Source: Toensbergia leucococca
Taxonomy: Eukaryota
Assembly (NCBI GenBank): GCA_022813965.1
Contig: JALDZS010000133.1
Coordinates: forward strand, 51,512 to 71,511
Reading direction: 5' to 3'
Length of the DNA: 20,000 nucleotides
The notes beneath the pieces are model-generated. The model ran no database searches. It was not told the origin of the DNA and was given only the letters and a program-made list of their open reading frames with translations. This document shows, in pieces, positions 7,654 through 19,345 of this stretch (position 1 is its first letter; the number at the start of each line of letters is the position of its first letter). The position numbers and the translations under genes were made by a program.

Positions 7654-9889
7654 CTACGTCCCCCCAATGATATCATAATAATAATCCTCATCCAAGCCCT
7701 CCCTCCCTGGAACCTCGGGCTCCTCTCCTCTAAAAGCCCCATCATCAAACCTCACATTCAGCAGCCTTATTTTCAACCCATATTGACTTACCAACCCAAT
7801 CAGCTTGTTCGTCTCGCTAGTGATGGGCTGTTGGTTCAGCAGCATCAGTAAGCCATCCAGCCATTCCGAGGCGAGGCTTTGAGACTGCGGGTGTAGGGTT
7901 AGGAGCACGGATTCTTGGCGGGTGTTGTTAGGGGTTGATTTGCTAGAGTTGGTGCGGGCGTGGTGCCGCTGTGGGGGATGGTTGGTCGGATCGGAGACGG
8001 GGAGGTAGCCGTGGATAGTTATTTTAGTAGATGAAGAGGGTTGAGGGAGGGTTTTGAGGGTTGAGGTCGAAGAGTTGGAGTCCGGAGGGGCGGAGATATT
8101 GGAAGCCACTGAGGAGATAATGGCAAGATCTACTAGAGGGTTGTTAGTGGGCTGGAGAACGGAAGTTGCGATGCTTACCCTTGTTGAGAAGAACATCAAG
8201 GCCCGGCTCATGTTCTACTTGCGTCTCGAAGTCGGCGTAATGAAGGTAACGCCGGTTGTGAGAAAGCCGTACGTAGCGGTACGAAGAGGGGACTGAGCGT
8301 TTTAGATCTTGCTTCGTGACGGGCCCAGCTTCCAACTTGTAGCCGACGCCGTTTGGAAACCAGGCTCCCTGCAGCAGACATCGGATGCGCTGCTCCTTGA
8401 CGAACTGCAAGGCTTCGTGGTTGAGTTCGTCTCGGATCTGGCGCAGGTGTCGACCCCAGGTGTCTTCATAAGTCAGCTCAAAAAGCTCCATCTGCAGCTC
8501 CCTCAACCGTTGATAATCAAAATCTGCGATTTCCCCCTCGACCTCCTGGACATCTTTTACGCGGGAGGCACCTCCGACCACTGCCTCAAGCAGTATGCGG
8601 ACTAGCTCTGCCACCTTGATGAAATCTTCCAGCTCTGCGCCTGTGGCTTTCCAAAGCCGGAAAAAAGCCGTTAGCCCCGCAGTATGAAGCTTGGACCACT
8701 GTAGAATCAACGGCTTGAAAACCTTGTCGATTCCGGATCTTGAATCCAAAGCAAGATAGCTCTTCGCATCTTCGAGATCCGATTTATCCACTTCAAAATG
8801 CTCGTAAAGGATCGACGTTACCGCAAGACTCGCCCTTGCGATCGGGCAGCTCTGCTCAGTTGGCTTCGTTGATTGCTCCAGAAGCATCTTATGAAAGACA
8901 TCTTCATGTTTCTTCACATAATCTGTAAGATCCATCATACCCAAGAATCCCACCTCTTCGAATTCCCAAGCCGGGCTCTCGCTTCCAAAGCCCAGACGTC
9001 TCCACTTGTCTGGACTATGTTTTCTTTTCACACCATCCTCTCTGTTATCTGACGCTTCTGGGAGCTTTTGAGGATTACTAGCCAAATGCAGAGCTTTCAA
9101 TGCTCTCCTATGATCCGTCTTCTCCAGATCCACAGGAATGTCTCTCCATTTCCTCAGTAACACCTTTGTCAATGCTTGGAACTCCAAAAGCGGATGTGCT
9201 AGGTCATATAAGGCGGTACTCTGCATGAGGACGTACACGGCCTTGATGACTCCCAGATCTTGTAATCTCTTGATAAATTTTGGCCAGTCCGAGTCCGCAT
9301 CGTTTGTGATGGCGTCTCGCATTAACGAGTTGATGAGTTGCAGGGCGTTGGCACACAGTGCATGATCAGCAGACGACAATCTGCTGACTAGCATTTCTAG
9401 AAATTGATGATGCACCGCGATCGCGGGCTTCAGAGCCCGAAATCCGAAAGCGTCCGGCTGAGATGTCTTGCTAGCAGAAGTATGTGGATGTGAAACAATG
9501 GCGACGAGGACGGACATGGCACCCCTCAGGATATTGACTAATGGATGAGTGACTACCAGCTCTACAACCTGTCCAGCATCGTGTGGTCAGTGGTGAATTG
9601 GGAGAATGAGCCACGTTCTCACCCTCTCAACTATGTCCTGGTTAACATATTCCCACCCCTTGTCAACTTCTAGTAGGCGGGAGAAAGAGGCGAGGCTGTA
9701 CGCCAGTGTGTTGCCGGTAGCGTGGAGGGTAAGGTATCTTAACCTAGTGAGACCTCCTTCAGAGATGAAAACATCGGCAAAAGAAGGGTCGCCGATATTA
9801 GATTGCAGCTTGAAGACTGCCATCTTTCGCACGGCATCCTCGTCACTACCCAGCCGCTCAACAAGCTCTGGGACGTTGATGCTCTCCAT
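7654..9889 (-). CDS. ELMO: ELMO/CED-12 family protein (ARM-like helical region, ELMO domain, C-terminal PH domain), ~711 aa, 3 exons
   Basis: Exons 9889-9623, 9568-8179, 8132-7654 total 2136 nt in frame. Introns GTGAGA..CTGAC..CAG (54 nt) and GTAAGC..CTAAC..TAG (46 nt). Motifs WRRLGFGSESPAWEFEEVGFLGMMDL, CPIARAS, FVKEQRIRCLLQGAWF, YVRLSHNRRYLHYADF and EWLDGLLMLL are typical of ELMO proteins. Confidence 0.93.
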
Positions 9890-12247
9890 GAATCATGAAA
9901 GGGTCAATCCATCATTAACCATATATATCTACATAGGAGGGCGAGATCTGAGGTGAGAAGATGATGAACGTGGGATCTTAACGTGTGAGGTTAAGCGTTA
10001 AGGTACGAGTGCGTGTACTTTGTACTGGACACGTTATTTTAGTGTATAACGGCCCCTAAAATGATCGACCAGTAATTGTACTCGGTGGTTTAAATAAGGT
10101 CGCGCCGAAGCCCTACGTTAGGGCTTGTCGAGCAATGTGTACGAGTACATTCGAGGATTGTCCCATGAATCACATGCAAACCCTACACCCATTCCGTCAT
10201 TGGTCGACTAATAAGCGGCAGTGCCTCTTCTGAAATGCCCCACGCTTCCTTGATGCGCACTACTACCGTGTACTAGGACAGCCACTCAGTTGGTCTAGAG
10301 CAATCAGCATTTGGAGCCGCTTCGAAGGGCGCGAGGGAGATCATCGTCACATGCTTTGACCCTCGATCTTGGCCTTGGGAATCTTCTCCATCAATATCGC
10401 AGACACCAGCTCGTGAACTCTTGATTGGAGATGTTTGTTTGGATATTGTTGAAGGTGGTAATCCCAATGTTCAACCATCTTTGCCGCAATTATATACCGT
10501 CATCTGGGAATGTCCATGGGGATTTGAATGAGATTGTAAGGATTGAACCAAGTTCCTTATCATAGAACTCTCGCTCGATATCTTTCTCATTGCACCGCAT
10601 AAATTGGCAGTATAATCCACCGATAAGACGGACGTAAAAGGGACATGATTGACATATTCTGCATATCGACCTTTCCCACCTTTCCGAAGGCATAGGCCAT
10701 TCACCCTGCTGCTCTCGGTGCCGCGCATCGAAGTGTGCGTGGTATGACACGGAGATAAGGTTGAGTCAGCTCAAACCAAGTATCTCATCAACATGCAGCC
10801 CTGGTGTCAAAGCTGCATACGCGTTCTCCTCTTCCTTGCTTGTGCGACAGCCACAAATTGAGCTCTGGGAAACGGTTGATGATGCCCTGCATGATTGGTT
10901 CGAGTAGACGAACATCAGGCATTGATTTGAAAGATTGTGTAATTACATCAAATTTCGATCCATCCCCGATAGTAACGATAAAGCAAGTTGATTAAATTTC
11001 TGCAGGGAAGACTGATTTGGCCCCTGTCCAGAATCCACAATTGTAAAAGGTTGCTAAAAGATGGCACTCAGAGTACGACGGAAGGGACAGATAGGTAGAT
11101 CTTGCAAGATAACGAGCCATAGTTCAACGCTGTACAGCTAGCATGGAAAGCTTGCGGGAATCTGCAGCATGGATTGGGTTTTAGACTCGATAAATACACC
11201 ATACGTCTCTCGCGATTGTCTTGTCGCACAGCAGCCGTAGACATATCTGCTTTACCCGCACCAAGGTTTGATCCAGCGAATCTTGACGGTGTTGTAAAAA
11301 GGCAACCTCTCAAAAGACTGACGCATCCAGTGCGGATATTGCACACCCTCAGGTTATCCTTGCTCTAGATAGAATATCTCTTTTGTGGATCTCCCGGTCC
11401 GTCCAAGCGGCCTCGGCCTCGCGGGTTTTCACCCTATCATGAGAAGTTCTCAGTGATCGTGCACTGTAGTAATCCATGTCAGGTGTGGCAGCTTATGCTG
11501 TTGAATTGGCAAGAAACAAGGAAGAGGATCAGTAGGGGAAGGTTAACAGGCTGATTTCCCGTGATATCGGCGGTTCTGAACGGTTTCAATACCGTTATCA
11601 TATTTCGGTCCTTTCATGCATAAGATAAGGGAAGGGGGGATGGAGTTAATAGTGGATGTGCCTGCCGTCGGTTATGCCTGCCAAGAACGCCACATATCCC
11701 CAACGGGCGCAAACGAGAGTGGCTTTTCTAGGGCTCAGGTCTGTGCGCTTAAACATTATCCGGAAGTCCGTATGTCGTCATTGTGTGTTTATCCATATTG
11801 TCGGAAATAGGCACGGATGAAATGATGGGTAAGCTACTTGGGTACATCGACGTTGAAATTGGTAGTCAGGAAGAATGTCAGATGACGAGGTATCAAGAGG
11901 GTCAAAGTTCAGATGTAAGTACTATGATAGCTCTTCTTACGTGTTCCCCCGTTACCTCGCCTAGGGTTACATGGAGGCTGGAAGCTGGTTTCAAGACACT
12001 GGTCATTCCTACGAATAGTCATCTAGTCGTAATGCTGTGTGTAAAGCAACGGAGATTACCAGAATAATCTGCAACACTCAGCTTACTCATGTCCGCAGTA
12101 TTTGAACCTTGTCGGGTAGAAGACTCGATGGAGACAGATGCCATGTGGGTTAGGCACATGGTCCAAAGGAGAGATGGACAGGGACAAGAGACAGTCTTGC
12201 TAATCAAAGTTTGGCCTATGAAGGCTATGAAAAACTAAGTACTGCCC

Positions 12248-12296
12248 ACCTTGATTACCTTGATTAGTAGTAGTACCTAGTACCTACTGCCTAGTA
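12248..12296. repeat. Short imperfect tandem repeats: (ACCTTGATT)x2 followed by TAG/TAGTACC-type units
   Basis: accttgattaccttgattagtagtagtacctagtacctactgcctagta, in the ELMO-REG1 intergenic region. Confidence 0.6.
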
Positions 12297-12795
12297 TATG
12301 GCGACCCATTGTCCCATTAGTGCGTATCTCGAGGTAATAGTAGCATCGGTGCAGGCTGAAAGACTGGTAAGCGAAAGGCGTGAGTGCTACAGTCCACGGC
12401 ATGGTGGCAGCATCCTTGGCGGTATCGATGTACTCTTTGGATGGCGCAATATGGAGTTGCTTGTGCGTGTCCTGGACTCGAATTCGAGTAGCGCAATGAG
12501 GGGATCTCTAGGAGCCTTTGATGAAGCGGAGACTCGAGGCGCGATCGCCACTTGCGACAGAGCCATGGTTGCCTCTGGTTGGCTCGAGGAATTTGTTCTC
12601 TAGTGGCAGGGTTCGTAGGCTTGTGTTGGGCCTGATATTCGACCAACCTGGTTGGGACTGGCGTGGTATGTTTGGAAACGGTAGTATTTCTTCCTTCGTT
12701 TCCAAGGGCGTGTGAATCCGGAAGGAAGTACTAAACGGCAACCAATGATCAGGCACGAGAGGCACCATCAAGGCACCACCAATGCACGACTAAAG

Positions 12796-12822
12796 CCCCA
12801 CCCCAGAACCCCCAGATATAAT
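12796..12822 (-). promoter_or_regulatory. Cluster of three CreA/Mig1-type SYGGRG sites upstream of REG1
   Basis: CCCCAC 12796-12801, CCCCAG 12801-12806, CCCCAG 12810-12815. The last reads ATTATATCTGGGG on the minus strand, i.e. an AT box followed by a GC box. Confidence 0.45.
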
Positions 12823-13216
12823 CCATGAAGCCAAAGGAAAAGGAATCATTCACTTTCACTGCTGGCCCGCCCATGAATCATTAATCAATCCAACTGTACA
12901 CCCTTCGAATCACCATTTCAGCTGCCATCGACACCCTCCAACTCTTTCCCCAGACTTCCTGCGGCCTCGACCCACATCTCACCTGCAAACTTATCTCAGG
13001 CTTGTCCTCTCGAATCTGACCCTGTGCTGACCACCCCCCTCAACACAATAACTTTCTCGGACTCTCCTTCACTCTGCTACACGAACAACACCCGAGGAAA
13101 TAGTCACAGGCCATCAACAACTCAAACCTCCTGCATAGAACTCAAAATATCCTAAAACACTCTGTTAGGCTTGCTACACAAAATCCCATAACCCAAGACT
13201 GGCCTTTTTGACATCG

Positions 13217-13303
13217 ATGATCTTGCCATTGGACTCGCTGCAGTGCCTACGCCTCATACTTGGTGGCCTTGGAGGAGGAGGAGCCTCTAGGACTTTGTCA
13301 TAA
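13217..13303 (+). other. Candidate upstream ORF (28 aa, MILPLDSLQCLRLILGGLGGGGASRTLS) in the REG1 leader
   Basis: Only + strand ATG between 12876 and the REG1 start at 13373. Stop TAA at 13301-13303, 69 nt before the main ATG. Confidence 0.45.
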
Positions 13304-13372
13304 TTGAGGACCACTCATACGCCACTCGTTGTCACCTCTCTCTCCCATTGGAACCCTTGAGATATTGGCAAG

Positions 13373-15183
13373 ATGACCGAAGTACTATCATTGCCATCTC
13401 AGCCTGACGGGGGATCATATTTTGGATCTGACCCCATACGTCGTTCTCCATCACAGTCCTCATTTTTACTGCATAGCCCACCATCATATGCAATACCTAC
13501 CCCGAAACTCAAGTCAAGATATGGAAGTGTTGGCTACGACACTCGACTTCCGGCCTCTCTCCCTTCGTCTGCTCCTTCGTCCCCTGCCTTAACCCACACC
13601 GAGTCCTCACGTCAAGCCTCCTTCGCCTCTACACCTTCAAGTAGCTTGTCACTAGATGAGCAATGCAGCACCGAAGAAGAGGATGATATTATGTTCCCCT
13701 CGTACGGTGACGGGGGTTATCATCACCACAACGAAGAACCCAAAATCCCTTCCAGTCCTCAGAACGTTAGTCCAGAATCTACACCACCCGCTAGCAGCAG
13801 TTCAACTGCAAGTGTGAGTCCACCTACCTATGATATCCCGAAACCCACATCTTCGGCCGGAGACGATACATCGTTGAGGACAGAGCCCACCAGACACGTT
13901 GATTATCTATCTCATAATTGGAAAGAAGAAGATATATGGTCCTCGTGGAGACATATCGTGGCAAAGCGAAAAGTCTACAGTAACAGTCCGAGACTTGAGA
14001 ATGCATCCTGGAGAACTTGGACCAAGGCAAAATATCGTCTACGAACCGTTTCACCAGAAACTCTGAACTGGTAGGCTGAATCTTCCTCTGGTCATTTTTG
14101 GTCTTTGGGACTCGTAAAATCCGTCCACTTTGACTAATATAATGTAGGCTGAAAGACCACGACGTGACCTGGCTGTACGGTCCTCTCCAGACCGGCGCAA
14201 GTAAAACCTTTAATTCGGATGTCACCCCGCCCGCGAGCCCAATCTCAAGGAGCAGTTCTTTCAGTGCTAAAAAACCAATATTGAAGAGGCGAAGTTTATC
14301 TGAAATCATGCTCCAGCGGTCCTTGTCAACCTCGACACTCATGAAACAAGCTACAGATGCCCTCCGTTCGCAGTCCCCAGCGGATCCCTTACGTGCTCGA
14401 CTCATACTAGCTGCCCAAGCACTAGACAGTTTCTTTGATTCAACAAATTCTGAAACACCTCCAATCACTCTAGTCTCATCTTCAGTATCTACATCAGGAG
14501 CGCAGACGCCGAGTACAAAAAGACACATACATTTCAATGATGAAGTTGAGCAATGCATTGCTATCAATAAAGACGCAGATGATCATGAAGGATATGAACA
14601 CGCCATCCGTGACGAACACGACTCGTCAGACGAGGAGGAATTACTGACAATGAAGCCTGTACCCAAGAGTAAAGGCAGGATCAGTAACGGAAGCACGCCA
14701 CGAAGTAGCTTCAACTGTGAAAGCAAGACGATTGCGATGCTTCCTTCTACGACTTTGAAGTACCGAGGAGATACGCCGGACCCCGAAGAGCAACAATTAA
14801 GACAAAAGGGCGATTTCTGGAGCATGGCAACAAAGTTGTCTCCGTCGCCGTCACAGGAAACCATCAGACCATCCACGCCATCCACTAACTTCCTCCTAAA
14901 CGATGATGACGAAGATGCGGACATGACGTGGCAGCCTTCGACTATATCTGCTGATAGAAGGAAGAGTATATCCCCCGGTCAACTGCAATTGGGGAGCTTG
15001 CCTAACAGCTCAAACGACGAGAAAGAGGCCAGCGGCCTGCGTCGAACTTCGTCCGGGATGTTTATGCCGTATGAAGAAGACGGTGATGTGGGCTCCGCAG
15101 GTCTCTTGGGCAGAGTTGTTGACACAGTCAACACTGCAAAGGACATTGCACATGTGATATGGAATGTAGGATGGAGGAGATGA
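13373..15183 (+). CDS. REG1: Protein phosphatase 1 (Glc7) regulatory subunit Reg1-like, DUF1752-containing, ~577 aa, 2 exons
   Basis: Exon 1 13373-14070, intron 14071-14147 (GTAGGC..ACTAAT..TAG), exon 2 14148-15183 total 1734 nt. Conserved block PTRHVDYLSHNWKEEDIWSSWRHI...RLENASWRTWTK...VSPETLNWLKDHDVTWLYGPL, KPILKRRSLSE, PP1-docking RVxF motif KRHIHF (14518-14535), C-terminal VDTVNTAKDIAHVIWNVGW. Confidence 0.92.
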
Positions 15184-16252
15184 ACGTCAAGTACAACGTG
15201 GGAACGACATCTACGAGAATACTTTTCCAAACTTCTGATACCCGTCTTTTGATATCTCTTTGAAACAAAAATAACTTGAATTATTCTAAGTGGTGTACTG
15301 GCACCCATATTTTCCTCGAAGCTGGCATACGGGCGAAACAGTTACCACCAGTCCTCTGCCCTCCACTTCTTCTGGCCTTCCAGAACATGCCTACAGCTAA
15401 GGCAGCACAAACAACGACGATGTAGCGGCAACGGAAAGACTCTACAGCACCGCTCTTCTCCCAGAGCCTTTGATTCAGTGTCACATACTTCCAGACTTTT
15501 GGCTACATAGACAAGTCTTTATTTCGACTTTCTTTTTTCCCTTTCTTCATGCCCTCCCATTGTGGTTCAGGGCGGATTTGGGATATTGCGAGAGCAGCTT
15601 AGGCGTGTCATTGGCGAGCGGGGAGGTCATCTTTGTCAATTAGATCGTGGTATTGGGATTTTCTGACGAGCGAGATGAGGGCGGCTGGCTGGCTTTTGGA
15701 CGGATATCTGTTCGTCGTGCGAGCTTGGGCACAGGGGTGGAATATAGCACTTGATTGTACCGTGCTTTTTATGATTCTTGTGTTTGGCACATAGCTAGCT
15801 ATTCTAGCGAATGGATGCCTGACTCAAGTTTTTGAACATTGTGTGTGTGCTTGAATTGGGCAGTCCTTGGCTGGGGGTGATGATGAGGGCAGATTTTGTG
15901 CTACGGATTCCCTATCCCTGCTTTTCCAAGGCGGATTATCTGAATTGCTTTTTGAGATCTTTTGCAATCTGTTCACTCCGACCCCAAAACCGCTCCCCAA
16001 GCTCCCTACACACCATCATCACCCCAGCCAAGTCCCCAAATTCACCATGGTGGGTCGCACAGAACCATCAGTCCGGACTGGGACGTGGGGGCACAAGAAA
16101 GTTGCCCAAAATACAAAAGAAAATATATTAAAAACCATCGAATCGAGGCATACCTAGGTCTCTAGCAGAGTGAAAATGATACAAATTGGTAGATCCCCCA
16201 CGGATGTCCCAACTCGCCCAAACCCTAGAAAACCCTAGCACACGCCAAGCCC

Positions 16253-16267
16253 AAAAAAAAAAAAAAA
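16253..16267 (+). repeat. Poly(A)15 homopolymer
   Basis: 15 consecutive A residues in the convergent REG1-DUF924 intergenic region. Confidence 0.85.
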
Positions 16268-17095
16268 GAAAAGACGGCCCCCCACTTCCATCAAGTTGAA
16301 GCTGTTCTTTTTCATTTTTGTCGGGTACCCCCCATTTGGTTATCAATGTTCTTTGCTTGGAACGAGGGGCAGCCTGGATGCCTGGTTCGGATCGTTGGAG
16401 GAACACCTACGTAGCCGTACTCAAGCTGTCCATAGAATATTCCAAGTGGGCTGACTCGCTTAGTGGCACCACCATGCGATGATACGAGCATGTGTCGCAA
16501 GAGCGCCGTTGACAATTCTTCGGGGGAAAAACGGGGTTTCTAGCGCTGCAAATGAAAATTGGGGGCTTTGCTAATGTTTGGGCTAAGATTTGATAGTCAC
16601 CATCACGTCGCCTAAAAGCTGGTGGCGAGCGAGTGGAGGTTGCCCCGATATGATGGCGACTCATGAAAAGTGGAGTAGATGACGCACAATATGGTATAAG
16701 TGCGGAGTATGGGAGATGTCGGTTGCACGAATTCTCCATGGCTGGGCATGCCAAACGGACGAGCGCCTAAGTGGGCAATTTGACCTCAACGGGAGCGAAA
16801 ATTTTCCATCGCATAAGTGACCGGTAAGCTGAGTAGATTGGTATGGTAAGTAACAAATAGCTAGGTGGGCTTTTAGGGTCTTTGCTATCCGTGGATCGCT
16901 CTCCCGTAAAGTTCCGTGTAGAGGGTCTCACGGACCTTCGACCTAGTGGCGGTGACAAAGTTTTGACAGCGAGAGCACTCCCTGTAGGTGTTTAAATGAG
17001 AAAAATATCCTTGCAAACGGGTATATTGTTGATGGATGGATGGGAAAACGGTCTGTCATAATCCCAGCACCGTCACAAGCCAACACTTTCCAAGT

Positions 17096-18037
17096 CTATT
17101 TTAATTCCAACGGTCTCCACACGCCATGCATCACATCTGCTCGGATAGCCTTTGCGGAGTCGGTCATCTCGCCATCATCGAGACGCCATCCGACTGCAAA
17201 ATAATCCGTTGCTTTGAGGTACGTCTCCTCTGCGCCCGTCAACTCACTACCTACATCGCCGCAGCGGTAGGGGTAGCGTCCGAAGTGGGCGATAATGGGT
17301 GTATGAACGCGAAGGAGGCGTAGGACCCAGTAGGAGAAGCTGGCGAGGGTGGCGGCATGGCCGTCGGGAGGCCCGGCTCTGATGATTCGCGAGAAGGCTA
17401 TGGTGTCTTTTGAGTCTTCTGCTTGGGTTGAACGGTAGGGATCTGTGGTCAAGGTGCGAGATTCGACATCTACCCGCAGCTTTTCGAGCAAGATGGTGTG
17501 AAACTCGTGGTCTTCCATCTCTTCTGAGTGGACAAGGGGGATGATGAACCAGAAATGACGATTGAGTGCGTGGTCATAGGAGAAGCCCATGCTCGTCCAT
17601 CGCGTCAGATTATCTGGTCTTAGATGCGTTGGGAGGGCAAAAAGCTGCCGGCAGAGACGCTGAGTGAGGATGTCAAAGTATGAAAATACATAGCGGACGT
17701 CTGTCCCTTCGCGCAGCGCTCTCGGAGCCTGATCAAGTAACAGTATCAGTCCCAAAGCCTGAATCGGAAAATCTTTGTCTTCAGGGTTCGGGAGATATTG
17801 CATCAAATTGGGAACTTTGGAGCTACCAAAGGTAGAGAGGGCCTTGAGAGCTGGGACTGCGCATTTGGAATAGCCTGTTTGAAAGTCTCCTTCACCGAGA
17901 AAGTAGAATCTGCCGACGGTGCTGAAGTTCAGGGGTTGGGAGATGGGCCATGGAAATTGTACGTTTACGAGGGAGTGGTAGAGGGAGGGAGTGAGCAGAT
18001 TAGAGAGATCGGAGATTGGAACAGATGTGGAAGACAT
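17096..18037 (-). CDS. DUF924 family protein, 313 aa, intronless
   Basis: Uninterrupted ORF with DUF924-like motifs LGLILLLDQAPR, FWFIIPLVHSE, H..II..FGRYPYR and T..EE.YL. Confidence 0.85.
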   Translation of the reverse strand: MSSTSVPISDLSNLLTPSLYHSLVNVQFPWPISQPLNFSTVGRFYFLGEGDFQTGYSKCAVPALKALSTFGSSKVPNLMQYLPNPEDKDFPIQALGLILLLDQAPRALREGTDVRYVFSYFDILTQRLCRQLFALPTHLRPDNLTRWTSMGFSYDHALNRHFWFIIPLVHSEEMEDHEFHTILLEKLRVDVESRTLTTDPYRSTQAEDSKDTIAFSRIIRAGPPDGHAATLASFSYWVLRLLRVHTPIIAHFGRYPYRCGDVGSELTGAEETYLKATDYFAVGWRLDDGEMTDSAKAIRADVMHGVWRPLELK

Positions 18038-18542
18038 GGCTGCTATGCAAGATCTGAAAAAAGCCTTGGAAATACAAGTCAGACATCTTCTTCAGGCATA
18101 CCTACCAGATTGCACACGATGGAAGCAAAACATTGTGCACAACAACTACTGCATTGAGTTTTTTACAACTGGGGGTGTGAGAGGACTGAGATGCAACGAA
18201 CGCTAACTGGAAGAAGCCTACAAGAAATGCAGCGTGCACAAAGTAGTATATTGGATGAGCATTGAAACGAATACCTTAGGAACATGCGTGATCTCTATTC
18301 TGTGGGTCTAGGTAGCGGATGAGGAGGGCCGTGTCTGTTCACCACATGAAGACAGACGGTGGAGCCAAGGAAAATCTTCGAAGACCTTGTACATAAGTGC
18401 GAGGGTTTTAAGAGAAGCCAAGACCAAAGTCGTATTTTGTGCCGCGTTATAATAATTAAAATACCAGCCCTGTCTGCGAATTTGCCCTAGTAAACTGCAC
18501 GTCACGCAAGCCCTGGCCGGCCCCACTCTCAACGTCAAAGCA

Positions 18543-19345
18543 ATGGCAGAAGCCTCCAACGCCGACACCGCCCCTCTAGAGCCACAAGCACGACATGTCA
18601 TCTACTGTGGAGGTAAGCTCCAATGCATCCTTATCATCCGCAAGGATCGTGGGCTAACGACCACCCAGTGTGCACTCTACCTCCTGAGGTATGTCTGCTT
18701 GTGCCACCATTACGACTCTTCCGCTTCAATCAGAGTGGATAGCTAAGAGCCATAGGCTGATGCATCTGCACGCCTAGTACTGTGAGTTCGGGGGTACGAT
18801 GAAGAAATGCAAAGAATGGCTTGATAAGAACCATCCGGATATGCATGAGCAATTATATTCTCAAGGTCCTCGATCCACCTTTACCTGCAAGCTACAACAT
18901 GCATGAAATGACTTTCTCATACCATTTCCAATTCATAGACGCTATCGCTGCCTCGCTTTCTACCCTCTCCGTCGACGCCCAAAAACGTGCCGCTAAAGAT
19001 GCTCAAAAGAAAGAAGCAAAAGCCATCTTGACCGAAACTCGTGAGCATGAAAAGAAAATGGCCGCCAAAGTTCTCATCAAACGTGTCGAGCGTAATAAGC
19101 GAAAATACGTTACGGCGGTTTCGGGCCTGGAGGCACATGGGTTAGACTTGAAAAAAGTGGCGAGAGAGTTCGGAAAACGATTTGCAACGGGGAGTAGTGT
19201 TACAAAGACGGCAAGTGGGGGGGAGGAGATCGTAGTGCAAGGTGATCTGAGTGATGAGATTTTTGAGATGGTGACAGAGGTTTATGAGGGAATACCCGAG
19301 GACAATGTTGAGTGTGTCGAGGACAAGAAGAAAAAGGGTGCTTGA
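18543..19345 (+). CDS. TMA22: Translation machinery-associated protein 22 (DENR homologue; N-terminal Zn-binding region + SUI1 domain), ~194 aa, 4 exons
   Basis: Exons 18543-18612, 18669-18688, 18778-18865, 18939-19345 total 585 nt in frame. Spliced protein has VIYCGVCTLPPEYCEFGG..KKCKEWL and the SUI1-domain sequence IKRVERNKRKYVTAVSGLEAHGLDLKKVAREFGKRFATGSSV...EEIVVQGD. Confidence 0.95.

Noticed and set aside
11962..11970. TAACCCTA on the minus strand as a possible telomerase RNA template, plus scattered TTAGGG
   Set aside because: Only a partial match to TAACCCTAA, no tandem array, and no pseudoknot or CR4/5 structure that I could identify.
12298..12771. Cluster of overlapping 65-109 aa ORFs upstream of REG1
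   Set aside because: No motifs, no convincing splice structure, and they overlap on both strands, as expected for chance ORFs.
13824..14567. 247-aa minus-strand ORF
   Set aside because: Antisense to the Ser/Pro-rich REG1 coding sequence, with no independent protein features.
15877..15943. Box C-like GTGATGATGA and box D CTGA ~65 nt apart (possible C/D snoRNA)
   Set aside because: No adjacent terminal stem and no rRNA-complementary guide of 10 nt or more that I could identify. A snoscan run would settle it.
557..19345. The gene set as a functional cluster or novel multi-gene system
   Set aside because: The genes serve unrelated housekeeping roles (pyrimidine salvage, transport, ribosome biogenesis, splicing, Rac signalling, glucose signalling, translation). 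There is no shared pathway, backbone enzyme or mobile-element boundary.
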